Assembly: GCA_964516675.1 (NCBI GenBank)
Contig: CAZEXR010000001.1
Span: 1-39,758 of the forward strand
From: an uncultured Enterobacterales bacterium
GTDB taxonomy: Bacteria > Pseudomonadota > Gammaproteobacteria > Enterobacterales > Succinivibrionaceae
DNA: 39,758 bases
Direction: 5' to 3'
A model generated the notes under the pieces. It made no database searches and was not told the DNA's origin. It was given only the letters and a program-made list of their open reading frames with translations. This document shows, piece after piece, positions 9,271-20,243 of this stretch. Each line of letters opens with the position of its first letter. The first letter of the stretch is position 1. Both the position numbers and the translations under genes were made by a program.

Positions 9271-10410
9271 GTGGTCGCATCCGCAATTTTGGCTCTTGCC
9301 GATGGTACAGTATTCAAAGGAAAAGCCTTTGGTGCTGAAAAAACAACTACCGTTGGTGAAGTCGTATTCAACACTTCTATGACCGGCTATCAGGAAATTC
9401 TAACCGATCCTTCATATGCTAGCCAAATCGTTACTTTAACTTATCCACATATTGGAAATTACGGTACAAGTGAAGAAGACATCGAATCTCGTGATGTTTT
9501 CGCTATGGGTTTAATCATCCGTGATTTATCACTTGTAGCTTCAAATTTCCGTAATGATCGGAATTTAAGCGATTTCTTAGCAAAATATAAGAAGCCTGGT
9601 ATCTTCGGTATTGATACCCGAATGTTAACCCGAATTCTTCGTGAAAAGGGTGCTCAGAACGCATGTCTATCTACTGATCCAGACATGACTGAAGAAAAAG
9701 CACTTGAACTTGCACGTGCTTTCCCTGGTATTAAGGGAATGGACCTTGCAAAGGTAGTTACAACTGACAAAATCTATACCTGGAATGAAGGTACTTGGGA
9801 ATTAGGTCAGGGCTACGTAAACAAGGCTCGCACTGAATTTAACGTAGTTGCCTACGATTTTGGTGTTAAATACAATATTTTAAGAATTTTGACTTCTCTT
9901 GGTTGCAAGGTAACAGTCGTTCCTGCAATGACCCCTGCAAGTGAAGTAATAAAGATGAATCCTGATGGTGTATTTTTATCAAATGGTCCTGGTGATCCAG
10001 AACCTTGTACTTATGCTCAGGAAGCTATCAAAGAATTTATTGAGAACAAGATCCCTCTATTTGGTATTTGTCTAGGTCACCAGTTACTATCACTAGCTTC
10101 TGGCGCTAAAACTATCAAGATGAAATGTGGTCACCACGGTGCAAACCACCCTGTTAGAGATCTTGAGACTAACGTTGTATACATTACTTCTCAGAACCAT
10201 GGTTTCTGTGTAGATGAATCAACCTTACCTGCTAACTTGAAGGCTACTCATAAATCTCTATTTGATGGCACCTTACAGGGTGTTGAGAGAACTGATGTTC
10301 CAGCATTTAGCTTCCAGGGTCACCCTGAAGCAAGTCCTGGTCCTCATGATCCAATGGCTCTGTTTAATCACTTTATTGAACTTATGCGTAAATATAGAGA
10401 GAAGGCTTAG
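9271..10410 (+). CDS. carA: carbamoyl-phosphate synthase small subunit
   Basis: [29 protein letters not shown] (Cys nucleophile), [13 protein letters not shown] 9271 after GGGGG matches the usual N-terminus. Confidence 0.97.
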   Translation: MVASAILALADGTVFKGKAFGAEKTTTVGEVVFNTSMTGYQEILTDPSYASQIVTLTYPHIGNYGTSEEDIESRDVFAMGLIIRDLSLVASNFRNDRNLSDFLAKYKKPGIFGIDTRMLTRILREKGAQNACLSTDPDMTEEKALELARAFPGIKGMDLAKVVTTDKIYTWNEGTWELGQGYVNKARTEFNVVAYDFGVKYNILRILTSLGCKVTVVPAMTPASEVIKMNPDGVFLSNGPGDPEPCTYAQEAIKEFIENKIPLFGICLGHQLLSLASGAKTIKMKCGHHGANHPVRDLETNVVYITSQNHGFCVDESTLPANLKATHKSLFDGTLQGVERTDVPAFSFQGHPEASPGPHDPMALFNHFIELMRKYREKA

Positions 10411-10420
10411 GGGATAACAA

Positions 10421-13400
10421 ATGCCAAAGCGTACAGACATTAAAAAGATTTTGATTCTAGGTGCTGGCCCAATCGTTATCGGTCAGGCTTGTGAATTCGA
10501 TTACTCAGGTACTCAGGCTTGTAGAGCTCTTCGAGAAGAAGGCTACGAAGTTGTCCTAGTAAACTCAAATCCTGCAACCATCATGACTGATCCTGATGTT
10601 GCAGATGTAACTTACATTGAACCAATCCACTGGAAAGTTGTTGAAAACATTATCGCTAAAGAGCGTCCTGATGTAGTTCTTCCTACCATGGGTGGTCAGA
10701 CAGCTTTAAACTGTGCTCTTGATTTAGAAAAGCATGGCGTTTTAGCTAAATACAATGTTGAAATGATCGGCGCTAAAGCTGATGCAATTGATAAAGCAGA
10801 AAACCGTGAACGCTTTGACAAGGCAATGAAAAAGATTGGCCTTGAGTGTCCACGTGCTGGTATTGCACACAGCTTAGAAGAGTCATGGGAAGTTCAAAAG
10901 ATGGTTGGATTCCCATGTATTATCCGCCCTTCTTTCACTATGGGTGGTACTGGTGGTGGTATCGCTTACAATCCAGAAGATTTCGTTGAAATCTGTACTA
11001 AGGGTTTAGAGCTTTCACCTACCCACGAGCTTTTAATCGATGAGTCTTTAATCGGTTGGAAAGAGTATGAGATGGAAGTTGTGCGTGATCGCAAAGACAA
11101 CTGCATTATCGTATGTTCAATCGAAAACTTAGACCCTATGGGTATCCACACTGGTGACTCAATTACTGTAGCTCCAGCTCAGACTCTAACAGATAAAGAA
11201 TACCAAATCATGCGTGATGCAGCTATGGCTGTTTTACGTGAGATTGGTGTTGAAACTGGTGGTTCTAACGTACAGTTTGGTATTAATCCAGATAACGGCC
11301 GTATGGTTATTATTGAGATGAACCCTCGTGTATCACGTTCATCAGCATTAGCTTCAAAGGCAACAGGTTTCCCTATTGCTAAAATTGCAGCTAAGTTAGC
11401 AATTGGTTATACATTAGACGAATTAGGTAACGATATCACTGGTGATAAGACTCCAGCATCATTCGAGCCTAGCCTTGACTATGTTGTAACAAAGATCCCT
11501 CGTTTCAACTTTGAGAAATTCCCTAACTCAGACGATAGACTTACAACTCAGATGAAGTATGTTGGTGAGGTTATGGATATTGGTCGTACCTTTGAAGAGT
11601 CTTTACAAAAAGCATTACGTGGTCTTGAGACTGGTAAGCTAGGTTTTGACTCACGTCTTGATATGAGCCATCCTGATGCTCGTCAGAAGTTACTTCACGA
11701 GCTTGAGAATGCAGGCGCACACCGTATTTGGTACATTGGCGACGCATTCCGTATCGGTATGACTGTTGAAGAGGTATTTGACTACACCAAGATCGATCCA
11801 TGGTACTTAAGCCAAATTAAAGAAATCATCGACATCGAAAAATCATTAGATGGCAGAACTTTAAAGTCTGTTGATGCAGATGAGATGAAAGATCTTAAGT
11901 CACGTGGTTTCTCAGATGCACGTCTTGCTACTTTATTAAAGACAACTGAAGATAAAGTACGCGCTCGTCGTTGGTTATTTGAAGTTTACCCTACTTACAA
12001 GCGTGTTGATACTTGTGCTGCTGAGTTCTCTACTTCAACAGCTTACATGTACTCAACATACGAGCAAGAATGTGAAGCACGTCCTACCGATAAAAAGAAA
12101 GTTATCGTTCTAGGTGGTGGCCCTAACCGTATTGGTCAGGGTATTGAATTCGACTATTGCTGTGTACATGCTTCAATGGCATTGCGCGAAGATGGTTACG
12201 AGTCAATCATGGTTAACTGCAACCCTGAAACTGTGTCTACTGACTATGATATTTCAGATAGATTATATTTCGAACCAGTTACCCTTGAAGATGTTCTTGA
12301 AATTGCACGTATTGAAAAGCCAGTTGGTGTAATTGTTCAGTTCGGTGGTCAGACTCCTCTAAAACTAGCTAAAAAGTTAGAGCAAGAAGGTGTACCTATC
12401 ATTGGTACATCTCCAGATGACATCGATAGAGCTGAAGATCGCAAGCTATTCCAGGAAGTTGTTAATAAGTTACAACTTTTACAGCCTCGCAATGGTACTG
12501 CTACATCTCTATCACAAGCAATCTCTGTTGCTAATGAAATTGGTTATCCTCTAGTTGTTCGTCCTTCATATGTTTTAGGTGGACGTGCAATGGAAGTTGT
12601 TTATGGTGAAGAAGACTTACGTCATTACTTTGCTGAAGCTGTTAAGGTTTCAAACAAATCTCCAGTTCTACTAGATAAATTCCTAGATCACGCAATGGAC
12701 ATTGACGTTGATGCTGTAGCTGATGGCAAGGATGTTGTTATCGGTGGCATTATGGAGCACGTTGAAGAATGTGGTGTTCACTCAGGTGATGCTTCATGTG
12801 TTCTTCCTCCATACCATTTAGATGCAGAAATGATTGAGCGTTTAACTAAGGTTTCAAAGGACCTTGCTATTGCTCTAAACGTACGCGGTCTAATGAACGT
12901 TCAGTTAGCTATTCGTGAAGGTAAGATTTACCTAATCGAGGTAAACCCACGTGCAGCTCGTACAATTCCATTTGTATCAAAGGCAACTGGTTTACCATTA
13001 GCTAAGATTGCAGCTCGTGTAATGACAGGCAAGACTCTAGCTGAACAAGGTGTAACTCACGAAGTTGTACCTCCATACTACTCAGTAAAAGAAGTAGTTC
13101 TACCATTTGATAAGTTCCCAGGCTCTGATCCTCTATTAGGACCAGAAATGAGATCAACTGGCGAAACAATGGGTACAGCTACATCATTCCCTGAGGCATA
13201 TGCTAAAGCTCAGTTAGCTGCAAAGGCACCTATCCAGAGAGAAGGTACTATCCTACTATCAATTAAGAAATCTGATCAGGACAGATTAGTTGCTTTAGGT
13301 CAGCAGTTAGTTAATGCAGGCTTTAAGTTAGAAGGTACTCGTGGCACATGCCGTGTTCTTAACGAGGCTGGCATTGAATGTGTACATGTACATAAGGTAT

Positions 13401-13654
13401 ATGAAGCACGTCCAAATCTACTAGACTTTATTAAGTCAGGCAGATACAGCTGGGTTATCAATACAACTGAAGGTCGTCAGTCTGTTGAGGATTCACGTTC
13501 ACTTCGTCGCAGCTGCTTACGCTACGGTATTGCATACACCACTACATTAAATGCAGCTATTGCTTGCACCGAAGCTATTCATGCAGATGAATATGCATCA
13601 GTACACTCTCTACAAGAGCTACATAAGATGGTAGACGAAAAATATGGTAAATAA
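10421..13654 (+). CDS. carB: carbamoyl-phosphate synthase large subunit
   Basis: [30 protein letters not shown] start, two ATP-grasp halves ([11 protein letters not shown] and [10 protein letters not shown]), C-terminal MGS domain. Confidence 0.98.
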   Translation: MPKRTDIKKILILGAGPIVIGQACEFDYSGTQACRALREEGYEVVLVNSNPATIMTDPDVADVTYIEPIHWKVVENIIAKERPDVVLPTMGGQTALNCALDLEKHGVLAKYNVEMIGAKADAIDKAENRERFDKAMKKIGLECPRAGIAHSLEESWEVQKMVGFPCIIRPSFTMGGTGGGIAYNPEDFVEICTKGLELSPTHELLIDESLIGWKEYEMEVVRDRKDNCIIVCSIENLDPMGIHTGDSITVAPAQTLTDKEYQIMRDAAMAVLREIGVETGGSNVQFGINPDNGRMVIIEMNPRVSRSSALASKATGFPIAKIAAKLAIGYTLDELGNDITGDKTPASFEPSLDYVVTKIPRFNFEKFPNSDDRLTTQMKYVGEVMDIGRTFEESLQKALRGLETGKLGFDSRLDMSHPDARQKLLHELENAGAHRIWYIGDAFRIGMTVEEVFDYTKIDPWYLSQIKEIIDIEKSLDGRTLKSVDADEMKDLKSRGFSDARLATLLKTTEDKVRARRWLFEVYPTYKRVDTCAAEFSTSTAYMYSTYEQECEARPTDKKKVIVLGGGPNRIGQGIEFDYCCVHASMALREDGYESIMVNCNPETVSTDYDISDRLYFEPVTLEDVLEIARIEKPVGVIVQFGGQTPLKLAKKLEQEGVPIIGTSPDDIDRAEDRKLFQEVVNKLQLLQPRNGTATSLSQAISVANEIGYPLVVRPSYVLGGRAMEVVYGEEDLRHYFAEAVKVSNKSPVLLDKFLDHAMDIDVDAVADGKDVVIGGIMEHVEECGVHSGDASCVLPPYHLDAEMIERLTKVSKDLAIALNVRGLMNVQLAIREGKIYLIEVNPRAARTIPFVSKATGLPLAKIAARVMTGKTLAEQGVTHEVVPPYYSVKEVVLPFDKFPGSDPLLGPEMRSTGETMGTATSFPEAYAKAQLAAKAPIQREGTILLSIKKSDQDRLVALGQQLVNAGFKLEGTRGTCRVLNEAGIECVHVHKVYEARPNLLDFIKSGRYSWVINTTEGRQSVEDSRSLRRSCLRYGIAYTTTLNAAIACTEAIHADEYASVHSLQELHKMVDEKYGK

Positions 13655-13676
13655 TCTTTAAGATTGTTTATCTATG

Positions 13677-13707
13677 AATGCCAGATCTAAAAAGTCTGGC
13701 ATTTTTT
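13677..13707 (+). terminator. intrinsic terminator after carB
   Basis: AATGCCAGA-9nt-TCTGGCATT followed by Ts. Confidence 0.85.
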
Positions 13708-13733
13708 ATGTCTAAAACAGAGCAAATCTTATA

Positions 13734-13746
13734 TATCAACAAGTTA
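13734..13746 (+). promoter_or_regulatory. IHF consensus site
   Basis: TATCAACAAGTTA is an exact match to WATCAANNNNTTR. Confidence 0.5.
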
Positions 13747-13864
13747 AATTCACAATTTTATAGATAGACATCACGAAAACAGCATAATAGACACAGTTCT
13801 TATTAACCAAAATTCATTTTTAAATCCTATACTTAATATAGATAACTTAATAAGGAACATAAAA

Positions 13865-14356
13865 ATGATTTCCGTTAGAAAAGCAAACTATGAAGATGTA
13901 AAGATTTTGAAAAAATTAGCTGATGAGCTAGTTCCATCTTCATTCAAGGGCGTGTTAAATACAACTCAAATTGACCATATGTTAGACAAGTTCTATACCC
14001 AAGAGGCTCTTCAAGATGCATTAGAATCAGGTAAAGAATACTTTATTGCTAACAAAGATGGTGAGGACTTAGGCGTTGTTTCTATTATTAAACATGGACC
14101 AAATCTGTTTTTAATGCAAAAGATCTATGTCAGTGAAAAGGCACTAGGAAAAGGAATTGGTTCTGCTTTATTTAACGAAGTAAAGCAATATGTAAAGCAA
14201 CAACAATCTTCTTGTACCATTGAGTTACCGATTAACCAACATAATCCTGGATTACCCTTCTATGTAAAACATGGAATGAAGAAAGTAAGAGATGCTGGTA
14301 TTGATATGGGCGATTTCTTTATCAACGAAGAAGTTTACAGCATAAATATAGAGTAA
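13865..14356 (+). CDS. GNAT family N-acetyltransferase
   Basis: KIYVSEKALGKGIGSAL acetyl-CoA motif A; N..GLPFYVKHGM motif B; AAGGA RBS. Confidence 0.88.
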   Translation: MISVRKANYEDVKILKKLADELVPSSFKGVLNTTQIDHMLDKFYTQEALQDALESGKEYFIANKDGEDLGVVSIIKHGPNLFLMQKIYVSEKALGKGIGSALFNEVKQYVKQQQSSCTIELPINQHNPGLPFYVKHGMKKVRDAGIDMGDFFINEEVYSINIE

Positions 14357-14381
14357 AATATACTCTTTAAAGAATCAAATT

Positions 14382-14414
14382 AGAGGAAATGAATAATTTC
14401 CTCTTATTTTTTTA
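14382..14414 (+). terminator. intrinsic terminator after the GNAT gene
   Basis: AGAGGAAAT-gaata-ATTTCCTCT followed by a T run. Confidence 0.8.
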
Positions 14415-14531
14415 TAAACAAAACACTCATCTTATATTCTTGTCTGTGATTGTTTCTTTAGAGCATTTCAAAAAATTATCAACTTATTTAATCTTGTATT
14501 TTTGGTAAAATATAAGATTAAATAAAATGTT

Positions 14532-14572
14532 AACACAAAGACTTACATTTTGTGTTTTTGCAGTACTGTAAA
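14532..14572. promoter_or_regulatory. two adjacent palindromes (candidate operators) upstream of the SMC operon
   Basis: AACACAAA-9nt-TTTGTGTT (14532-14556) and TTTGCAGTACTGTAAA (14557-14572), downstream of an extended -10-like TGGTAAAAT near 14503-14511. Confidence 0.4.
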
Positions 14573-14613
14573 TTACATCATAAATATCACAATCTTAACT
14601 AAGGTATTTACTC

Positions 14614-17600
14614 ATGAGCGACTTGATAGACTCAATACAAATAAGCGATGACAATAATCAAAGTGGCTTACAACGCATTTATCTGTATAACTCTTTTTTC
14701 AAAGGAAAGTTTACTGAAGTAGAGTGTACAGGAAATACCAATAACACAGGTTCTAATGGTGCTGGTAAAACATCATTACTCTCTTTAATTCCTGTGTTTT
14801 ATGGTGCTGAGCCTAATAACATCGTCTCTCGTGAGGCTGGTAAATTATCTTTTGTAAACTTTTACCTGCCATATCCGTCATCAATGATTGTGTTTGAGTA
14901 CATGCGATACGGTGAGAGTAAGTGTGCCCTTTTATACAATAACAATAATTCTTTATGCTATCGCTTTATCGATGCTAAGGCTGATACTCAGCTTTTCTCT
15001 GACGAGTCCATCAGTAAACTTAAAGAGTGTAATGATGTACGCGAGTGGCTTAAAACAACAGTCTCTAAAAACTATTTTGTAAGTAGTGCTATTAGTAATT
15101 GCATTGATTACCGTGCGGTTATTCAAAACAGTAAAGAGCGTCTGCGTAAACTCTATAATGTCTCAGGCTCATTAACTAGTATCGCAACTAAATTCTCCTT
15201 ATGTAAGCAAAACGATGAGATAAAGCATATTGGTGCCTTAACTACCGTGATGATGCGTAATAATAGAATGCTTGCTCAGCTTAAGACAATGCTTGTTGAC
15301 TGCTATTTAGAGCACACTATTAGCATCACTGTTCCTCATAAAGAAAATACACAGAAGATTAACGCTTTAAAAACCATTGTCAAAGTGCGTGAGCGTGAAA
15401 GTCAATTAAAAAAAGCACTTGAATTTGAGACAGTACTTAAACAACAGTGGGGACGTTTAAAGTCCTTCTATCTGCAGCTTGTTAATTACAACAACTCCAA
15501 TAACTCTATCTTGGAAAAAGCAAAGCTTGAGTTCAACACCCTGCGTAATCAAAAGCAAACACTCTCCAATGAATTTGATGAAAAGATTAAAGAACTTAAT
15601 GCTACCTTGCTTGATTTAAACTCTAAGCATGATGGTATTGATCGTCGCTATAACAAAGCGATGGAAATGAAAGATGAGTGGGATAATAAAAACATCAACG
15701 ATATTATCGCAAAATACGAAAATATCGATGACTACTATGATAATTGGAAAAAGAATCAACAGCATTATGATGATTTAACCTCATCCATCAATGAAATTGT
15801 GCAGAACTATCAGGCAAAGGTTAACTCTATTAAAGAAAAATCAGACAAACAGCTAGATAAGGCTAAAGCTGAGCTTCAAGAGATACAAGATAGAATCGAT
15901 GCCATCGATGCAGATGAACAATCAAAAAAAGAACAGTGCAACACTAAATACCTAAGAATTAGTGATGACAAATTAAACGAGCGTAGTAACGAAAAACAGG
16001 CAATCAATGACTCCTTATTAGGCCTAATGGGTGAGCTAAAAAAGGAATCATCATTTACTGATGATGAAACACTGCGCTTTAACAACTACGAAAGACAAAT
16101 TGAAGCAATTGACGAAGATCTTGAAAGACTAGATGTCAAGATTAACTCTGAGCGTGAGCATGTAAGTAACGAAGAACGTGCCTTAAATGAGTTTACGCAA
16201 AGGCTTCAAGGCATTACTGATGCTTATAATCAAAAGATGAAGCGTGCTGATGATTTATTCGCTCTAATTAACCCAGCCGAAGGCTCACTACAATACTTCT
16301 TAGAGCATAACGATCCTTTGTGGCGTGATAGTATTGGTAAAGTTCTCCGCCCCGAGCTTTTGTCCGAAAAGAATCTATCTCCAAGCTTTAGTGATGATGA
16401 GAGTTTAAAGGATAGCATTCTAGGTTTAAGCATTTCACTTGATGCCATTGATACCCCTGCTTTTATGAAAAAGGTAGCCGAACTTGAGGCAGAGCGTAAT
16501 GCATTATTGATTGAGTCTGAAAACTTAAAAGCCGATATCACAAGATTTACTCAAGAGCACACCGCCAAGAGTAAGTCACTTCAGACCTTGACTGTAGCCT
16601 TTGAAGATCTCAAACGTCAAGCTTCAAGACAACGTGATGAGCGCAAAGATTTAAGACTATTGCTAAAATCTGAGCAGAACAAAGCTAGTGAGGCTGCTTC
16701 AGTGCGAGCTCAAAAGGTTCAAGATAAAATCGCTGCAAAAAGAAAAGCGCTTGGTGCTTTTGATGCTGATACCAAGAAACTTCTTGATAAGCTTGTAAGC
16801 GCTAAGAACAATGAAATCTTAGAGATTAGTGCACTTTACTCTCAAAAGCTTGAGCCCGTACAAGAGCAGTATGACAACAAACTAGATTACTGTAATGACA
16901 TTAAAGCTGATTTAAGAATTAGACTACAAGATTTAGAAAAGAGTCGAGATGCATCTATTAAGAGTGAGGGACTAGATCCTTCTATTATCCGTGCAGCTCG
17001 TGATAAAGCAGAGAGAGCAAAAGAAGAATACGAAACCATCTTCCAAAGTATCACCATGATTGAAAAATACAAATCATGGAAGAATCAAGAGTGGGATCAT
17101 ATTGATGAAATCAAAGATACTTTATCAAAGATTGATTTAGATTTAATCACCACTGATGATGCTTTAAAGAAAGTAAAAGCGGACAGAAACGAAATTATAA
17201 ATACGCTTTTCGAGCAAATTCAAGTACTAAAGGACAAAATTCAGTACTGCGAGGATGAGCTTGATAAAGCTACTAGTGCTAAAAATCAGTATCAAAGTAT
17301 TGTCGATGAATTGCCAGCAGATATTGCCCCTGTAGATGTCAGTGGTTTTAACGACGCCGCTGCTATTTCTGAGCAGTTACGTAAGGCCCGTAACGCTGCT
17401 ATTGATGCAACTACTAAGATCTCAGAAGCCATTAAGACTGTAAGTTCAGTTCTATTTGATATTGGCACCGATAATATGGTGTCACAAAGCTGGTCTTCCT
17501 TTATGGAGGAGCTTGATAAAAACAGCGAACTTAAACCTAATACTGATGCTTTCTATTTAGCTTGTGTACCAGGTTTAAGAATACTTCTAGAGAACACCAT

Positions 17601-18378
17601 TCCTGAAAACCTATCACTGATTTTAAGTACGATTAACACCTCAGGTCATGAGTACAATCAGTTCTATTTAACATTACAGACCTTTAACAACAAGGTGTCA
17701 CGTTTATCTAATACTTTTGAGGATAAGATTAACCTTGATAACCCATTTAAGGCCTTAAATGACATCAAGATTGAGTTACGCTCTAAAGTTGATGATCATG
17801 ATATTTGGAATGATCTTAAAAACTTTCATAATGTCTATGAAGAGTGGGGCCGCAAAGCTGCCTATGGGGAGGTTCCAACTCGAGAATTTGTCGAGGCCTT
17901 TGAGCGTACCACTGAAGCTCTAAAGGTTTGTAATATCACAGGCTCACTTGAGTCTTTAGTTGACCTAAATGTCTCTATGAGTGAGAACGGACGTATGGTT
18001 AAAATACGCTCAGATAACGATCTATCCGGTATCAGCTCACGTGGTATTTCAAAGCTTGCTATTATCGTTATCTTCTGTGGTTTGACAAGATATCTATGTA
18101 AAGATATCAATGTACGTATTCACTGGCCGCTTGATGAGTTAGGAGATCTTTACGAAGAAAATGTTGTTCTGCTTTTTGAGCTTATGAATAAGTACAACAT
18201 CTCCTTATTCTGTGCACAGCCTAATCCATCTGCTACCCTACTTAAGTACTTTGATACTAAAAACTTTGTGGATAAAGATGAGGGTATTAAGCGTTGTATT
18301 CCGGTATCGATAAAAGAGAGCAATCCAATGTTTAAAAAATTAGTAACTTCATCAGCAAACAACGCAGACGAGGAATAA
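14614..18378 (+). CDS. SMC/MukB-like ATPase (JetC/Mks condensin SMC subunit, DUF3584-like)
   Basis: 1254 aa; N-terminal Walker A GSNGAGKTS; two long coiled coils flanking a central globular hinge-like segment (SLQYFLE..W..SIGKVLRPELL); C-terminal signature-like ISSRGIS and Walker B/D-loop IHWPLDELGDL. Confidence 0.88.
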   Translation: MSDLIDSIQISDDNNQSGLQRIYLYNSFFKGKFTEVECTGNTNNTGSNGAGKTSLLSLIPVFYGAEPNNIVSREAGKLSFVNFYLPYPSSMIVFEYMRYGESKCALLYNNNNSLCYRFIDAKADTQLFSDESISKLKECNDVREWLKTTVSKNYFVSSAISNCIDYRAVIQNSKERLRKLYNVSGSLTSIATKFSLCKQNDEIKHIGALTTVMMRNNRMLAQLKTMLVDCYLEHTISITVPHKENTQKINALKTIVKVRERESQLKKALEFETVLKQQWGRLKSFYLQLVNYNNSNNSILEKAKLEFNTLRNQKQTLSNEFDEKIKELNATLLDLNSKHDGIDRRYNKAMEMKDEWDNKNINDIIAKYENIDDYYDNWKKNQQHYDDLTSSINEIVQNYQAKVNSIKEKSDKQLDKAKAELQEIQDRIDAIDADEQSKKEQCNTKYLRISDDKLNERSNEKQAINDSLLGLMGELKKESSFTDDETLRFNNYERQIEAIDEDLERLDVKINSEREHVSNEERALNEFTQRLQGITDAYNQKMKRADDLFALINPAEGSLQYFLEHNDPLWRDSIGKVLRPELLSEKNLSPSFSDDESLKDSILGLSISLDAIDTPAFMKKVAELEAERNALLIESENLKADITRFTQEHTAKSKSLQTLTVAFEDLKRQASRQRDERKDLRLLLKSEQNKASEAASVRAQKVQDKIAAKRKALGAFDADTKKLLDKLVSAKNNEILEISALYSQKLEPVQEQYDNKLDYCNDIKADLRIRLQDLEKSRDASIKSEGLDPSIIRAARDKAERAKEEYETIFQSITMIEKYKSWKNQEWDHIDEIKDTLSKIDLDLITTDDALKKVKADRNEIINTLFEQIQVLKDKIQYCEDELDKATSAKNQYQSIVDELPADIAPVDVSGFNDAAAISEQLRKARNAAIDATTKISEAIKTVSSVLFDIGTDNMVSQSWSSFMEELDKNSELKPNTDAFYLACVPGLRILLENTIPENLSLILSTINTSGHEYNQFYLTLQTFNNKVSRLSNTFEDKINLDNPFKALNDIKIELRSKVDDHDIWNDLKNFHNVYEEWGRKAAYGEVPTREFVEAFERTTEALKVCNITGSLESLVDLNVSMSENGRMVKIRSDNDLSGISSRGISKLAIIVIFCGLTRYLCKDINVRIHWPLDELGDLYEENVVLLFELMNKYNISLFCAQPNPSATLLKYFDTKNFVDKDEGIKRCIPVSIKESNPMFKKLVTSSANNADEE

Positions 18379-18380
18379 CC

Positions 18381-19007
18381 ATGGCATCAAGATTTGAAAC
18401 ATGCATCGAACACTTCTTAGGCATGAATGTTATATGTGAGGTTGGTACTCCTGAAGAATTCCATTATCTTGAAGATCCAATGAATTTTGATAAGGTTAAT
18501 CGATTCTTAATGCAAATTGGTCGTAGTATTGTCAAAACACGAGACCAGAAGGCTTATTACTGTGTCTACACTACTCTTGATGACAATGAAAAGCGTCGTA
18601 CCGCTCAGCGTCAGTTTGATGCTGTGATGAGTGATTTTGATGGCTTGGTCGATTGGATACGTCTCGTGCGTAACGTAAGTGATAATGCTCGCCCTCTTGA
18701 GACCGGAGACCACCTAAAGGAGTCTGAACTATTACAAGCCATAGAAAATTCAAATTCAATTTCAGAACAGCTTGAGCGTATTGCGCAGAAGTTTAAACGA
18801 GCACAAGGATCACTTACCACTAAAAACAAGTTGCGCTCAGTGCTTGCCTACTTAAAAGACCGTGGGTTCTTTATTGTCGCAGGTACTACAGGATCAGTCT
18901 TTACTGCTACAGGTAAATGGTCATTACTCTACGATGAGCTTGAGTATATTCACTCTTTTGATGGATTTGAGAAAACTGTAGCTCCAATGCAGTCGGAGCT
19001 TTTCTAA
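18381..19007 (+). CDS. MksE/MukE/JetB-like KITE subunit (putative tandem winged helix)
   Basis: 208 aa; starts 2 nt after the SMC stop. Winged-helix-like C-terminus (LRSVLAYLKDRGFF...VFTATGK); N-terminus resembles MksE-type proteins as recalled. Confidence 0.7.
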   Translation: MASRFETCIEHFLGMNVICEVGTPEEFHYLEDPMNFDKVNRFLMQIGRSIVKTRDQKAYYCVYTTLDDNEKRRTAQRQFDAVMSDFDGLVDWIRLVRNVSDNARPLETGDHLKESELLQAIENSNSISEQLERIAQKFKRAQGSLTTKNKLRSVLAYLKDRGFFIVAGTTGSVFTATGKWSLLYDELEYIHSFDGFEKTVAPMQSELF

Positions 19008-20243
19008 ATGGGACATAAAGAAACATCTAAAACAGCTTTTAATGCACTCTACAAAAACTTTGACTTAGTAGAGCGTTGTTGCTATGAGCACAACGGTGAG
19101 ATTGAAAACTTTGGTGACAATCAAAAAGTCATCGATGCTTTAATTAAAAACCGCTTAGCTTACTTTGTTGATGACAATTTAGATGTACGTGTGCACTCAA
19201 AGGTGCGTGGTTTAATCGACCACACCACTAGTCGCTATCGTCTACGTGAAAAGCATGGAGCCTTTGCAGGTCTTATTGACGATTTGGAGTACAACCTTAC
19301 CAGCTATCAAAAGGCAAAGGTAAACATTAAGGCTAATAATGCACAGCGTTTCTTTGATGAAGTACGTGAAATTGTCATGGATATTATCGAGCTACTCGTT
19401 GATACCATCTGCATGTATAACCGTGTCGTACTTGATGATTTCTCTGTCTCCTATGATTTAGATGAACGTATTCGCGAGACTAAACGCTGTAAGGATGAAT
19501 TACTAAAGCTCAATGAGATCTTTGAACAATTAACTGTCGATAAAATCTATGCCTGGGTTGGCAATGACACCAATCTTGAGCATCTTTTAATGAAAGTTTT
19601 CAAAGAGAAAATTGACTTAGGCTTAAAAGATTTAAATGGTATTAACTTAAAACTCATTGAACGTCTTGATAAGCTAAATCGTGATAAGCATTCACGCCAT
19701 CTTAATACACTTGTAGATGACTTTGCGATGCGCTTTGCCCTAAATCCTGGCTATATGACTGATATCAAAGCCATTGAGTTACCAAAGGAGATGTCACTAC
19801 CTGAAGGTCTGTTGATAGGAGCTTACGCCAATTTGGAAAGCCAACTTGACTCCTACAAGGACATCACCGATGAGATTGCGCTAAACGTTAATCTTAAACA
19901 CAGAGCAAAAGGTAGTAACACAGAGGCTCCTGAGACCATCAAGGTTACAGACTCCCGATCAAAGACGCTAAATATTGAGCTTGATGAGGTAAATACCGCT
20001 ATTGAGTATCTTTTTGAGGCGATTGAATCTGATGAAATCACAGAAGATATCAGTGTTATCAAAGCTCATGCTATTTTAGAGGTAAAAATCTCTGAGGCTG
20101 ATTGGTTAATTCTTGTAATGAATACTTACTCCTCACATAGACGTCAACTTAAAAACCATACTCGTTATCAGGAAATAAGCTACGTTAAGTCACCATATGA
20201 TGGTACTGTCATTGTTGAGGACATAGTATTTAAAAAATTATGA
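19008..20243 (+). CDS. MukF/JetA-like kleisin subunit (putative)
   Basis: 411 aa; ATG abuts the previous TAA. WH-like N-terminus, long helical middle, linker, WH-like C-terminus. Assigned mainly by size and operon context. Confidence 0.6.
   Translation: MGHKETSKTAFNALYKNFDLVERCCYEHNGEIENFGDNQKVIDALIKNRLAYFVDDNLDVRVHSKVRGLIDHTTSRYRLREKHGAFAGLIDDLEYNLTSYQKAKVNIKANNAQRFFDEVREIVMDIIELLVDTICMYNRVVLDDFSVSYDLDERIRETKRCKDELLKLNEIFEQLTVDKIYAWVGNDTNLEHLLMKVFKEKIDLGLKDLNGINLKLIERLDKLNRDKHSRHLNTLVDDFAMRFALNPGYMTDIKAIELPKEMSLPEGLLIGAYANLESQLDSYKDITDEIALNVNLKHRAKGSNTEAPETIKVTDSRSKTLNIELDEVNTAIEYLFEAIESDEITEDISVIKAHAILEVKISEADWLILVMNTYSSHRRQLKNHTRYQEISYVKSPYDGTVIVEDIVFKKL

Noticed and set aside
10966-12332. 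Short ORFs inside carB
   Set aside because: Shadow ORFs within a conserved gene.
14614-18378. Calling the large ATPase SbcC/Rad50, canonical MukB or Lamassu LmuB
   Set aside because: No SbcD phosphoesterase neighbour and no central CxxC hook noticed; MukB signature sequences and mukF-E-B order are absent; KITE/kleisin-sized partners plus Toprim fit a Wadjet-like system better.
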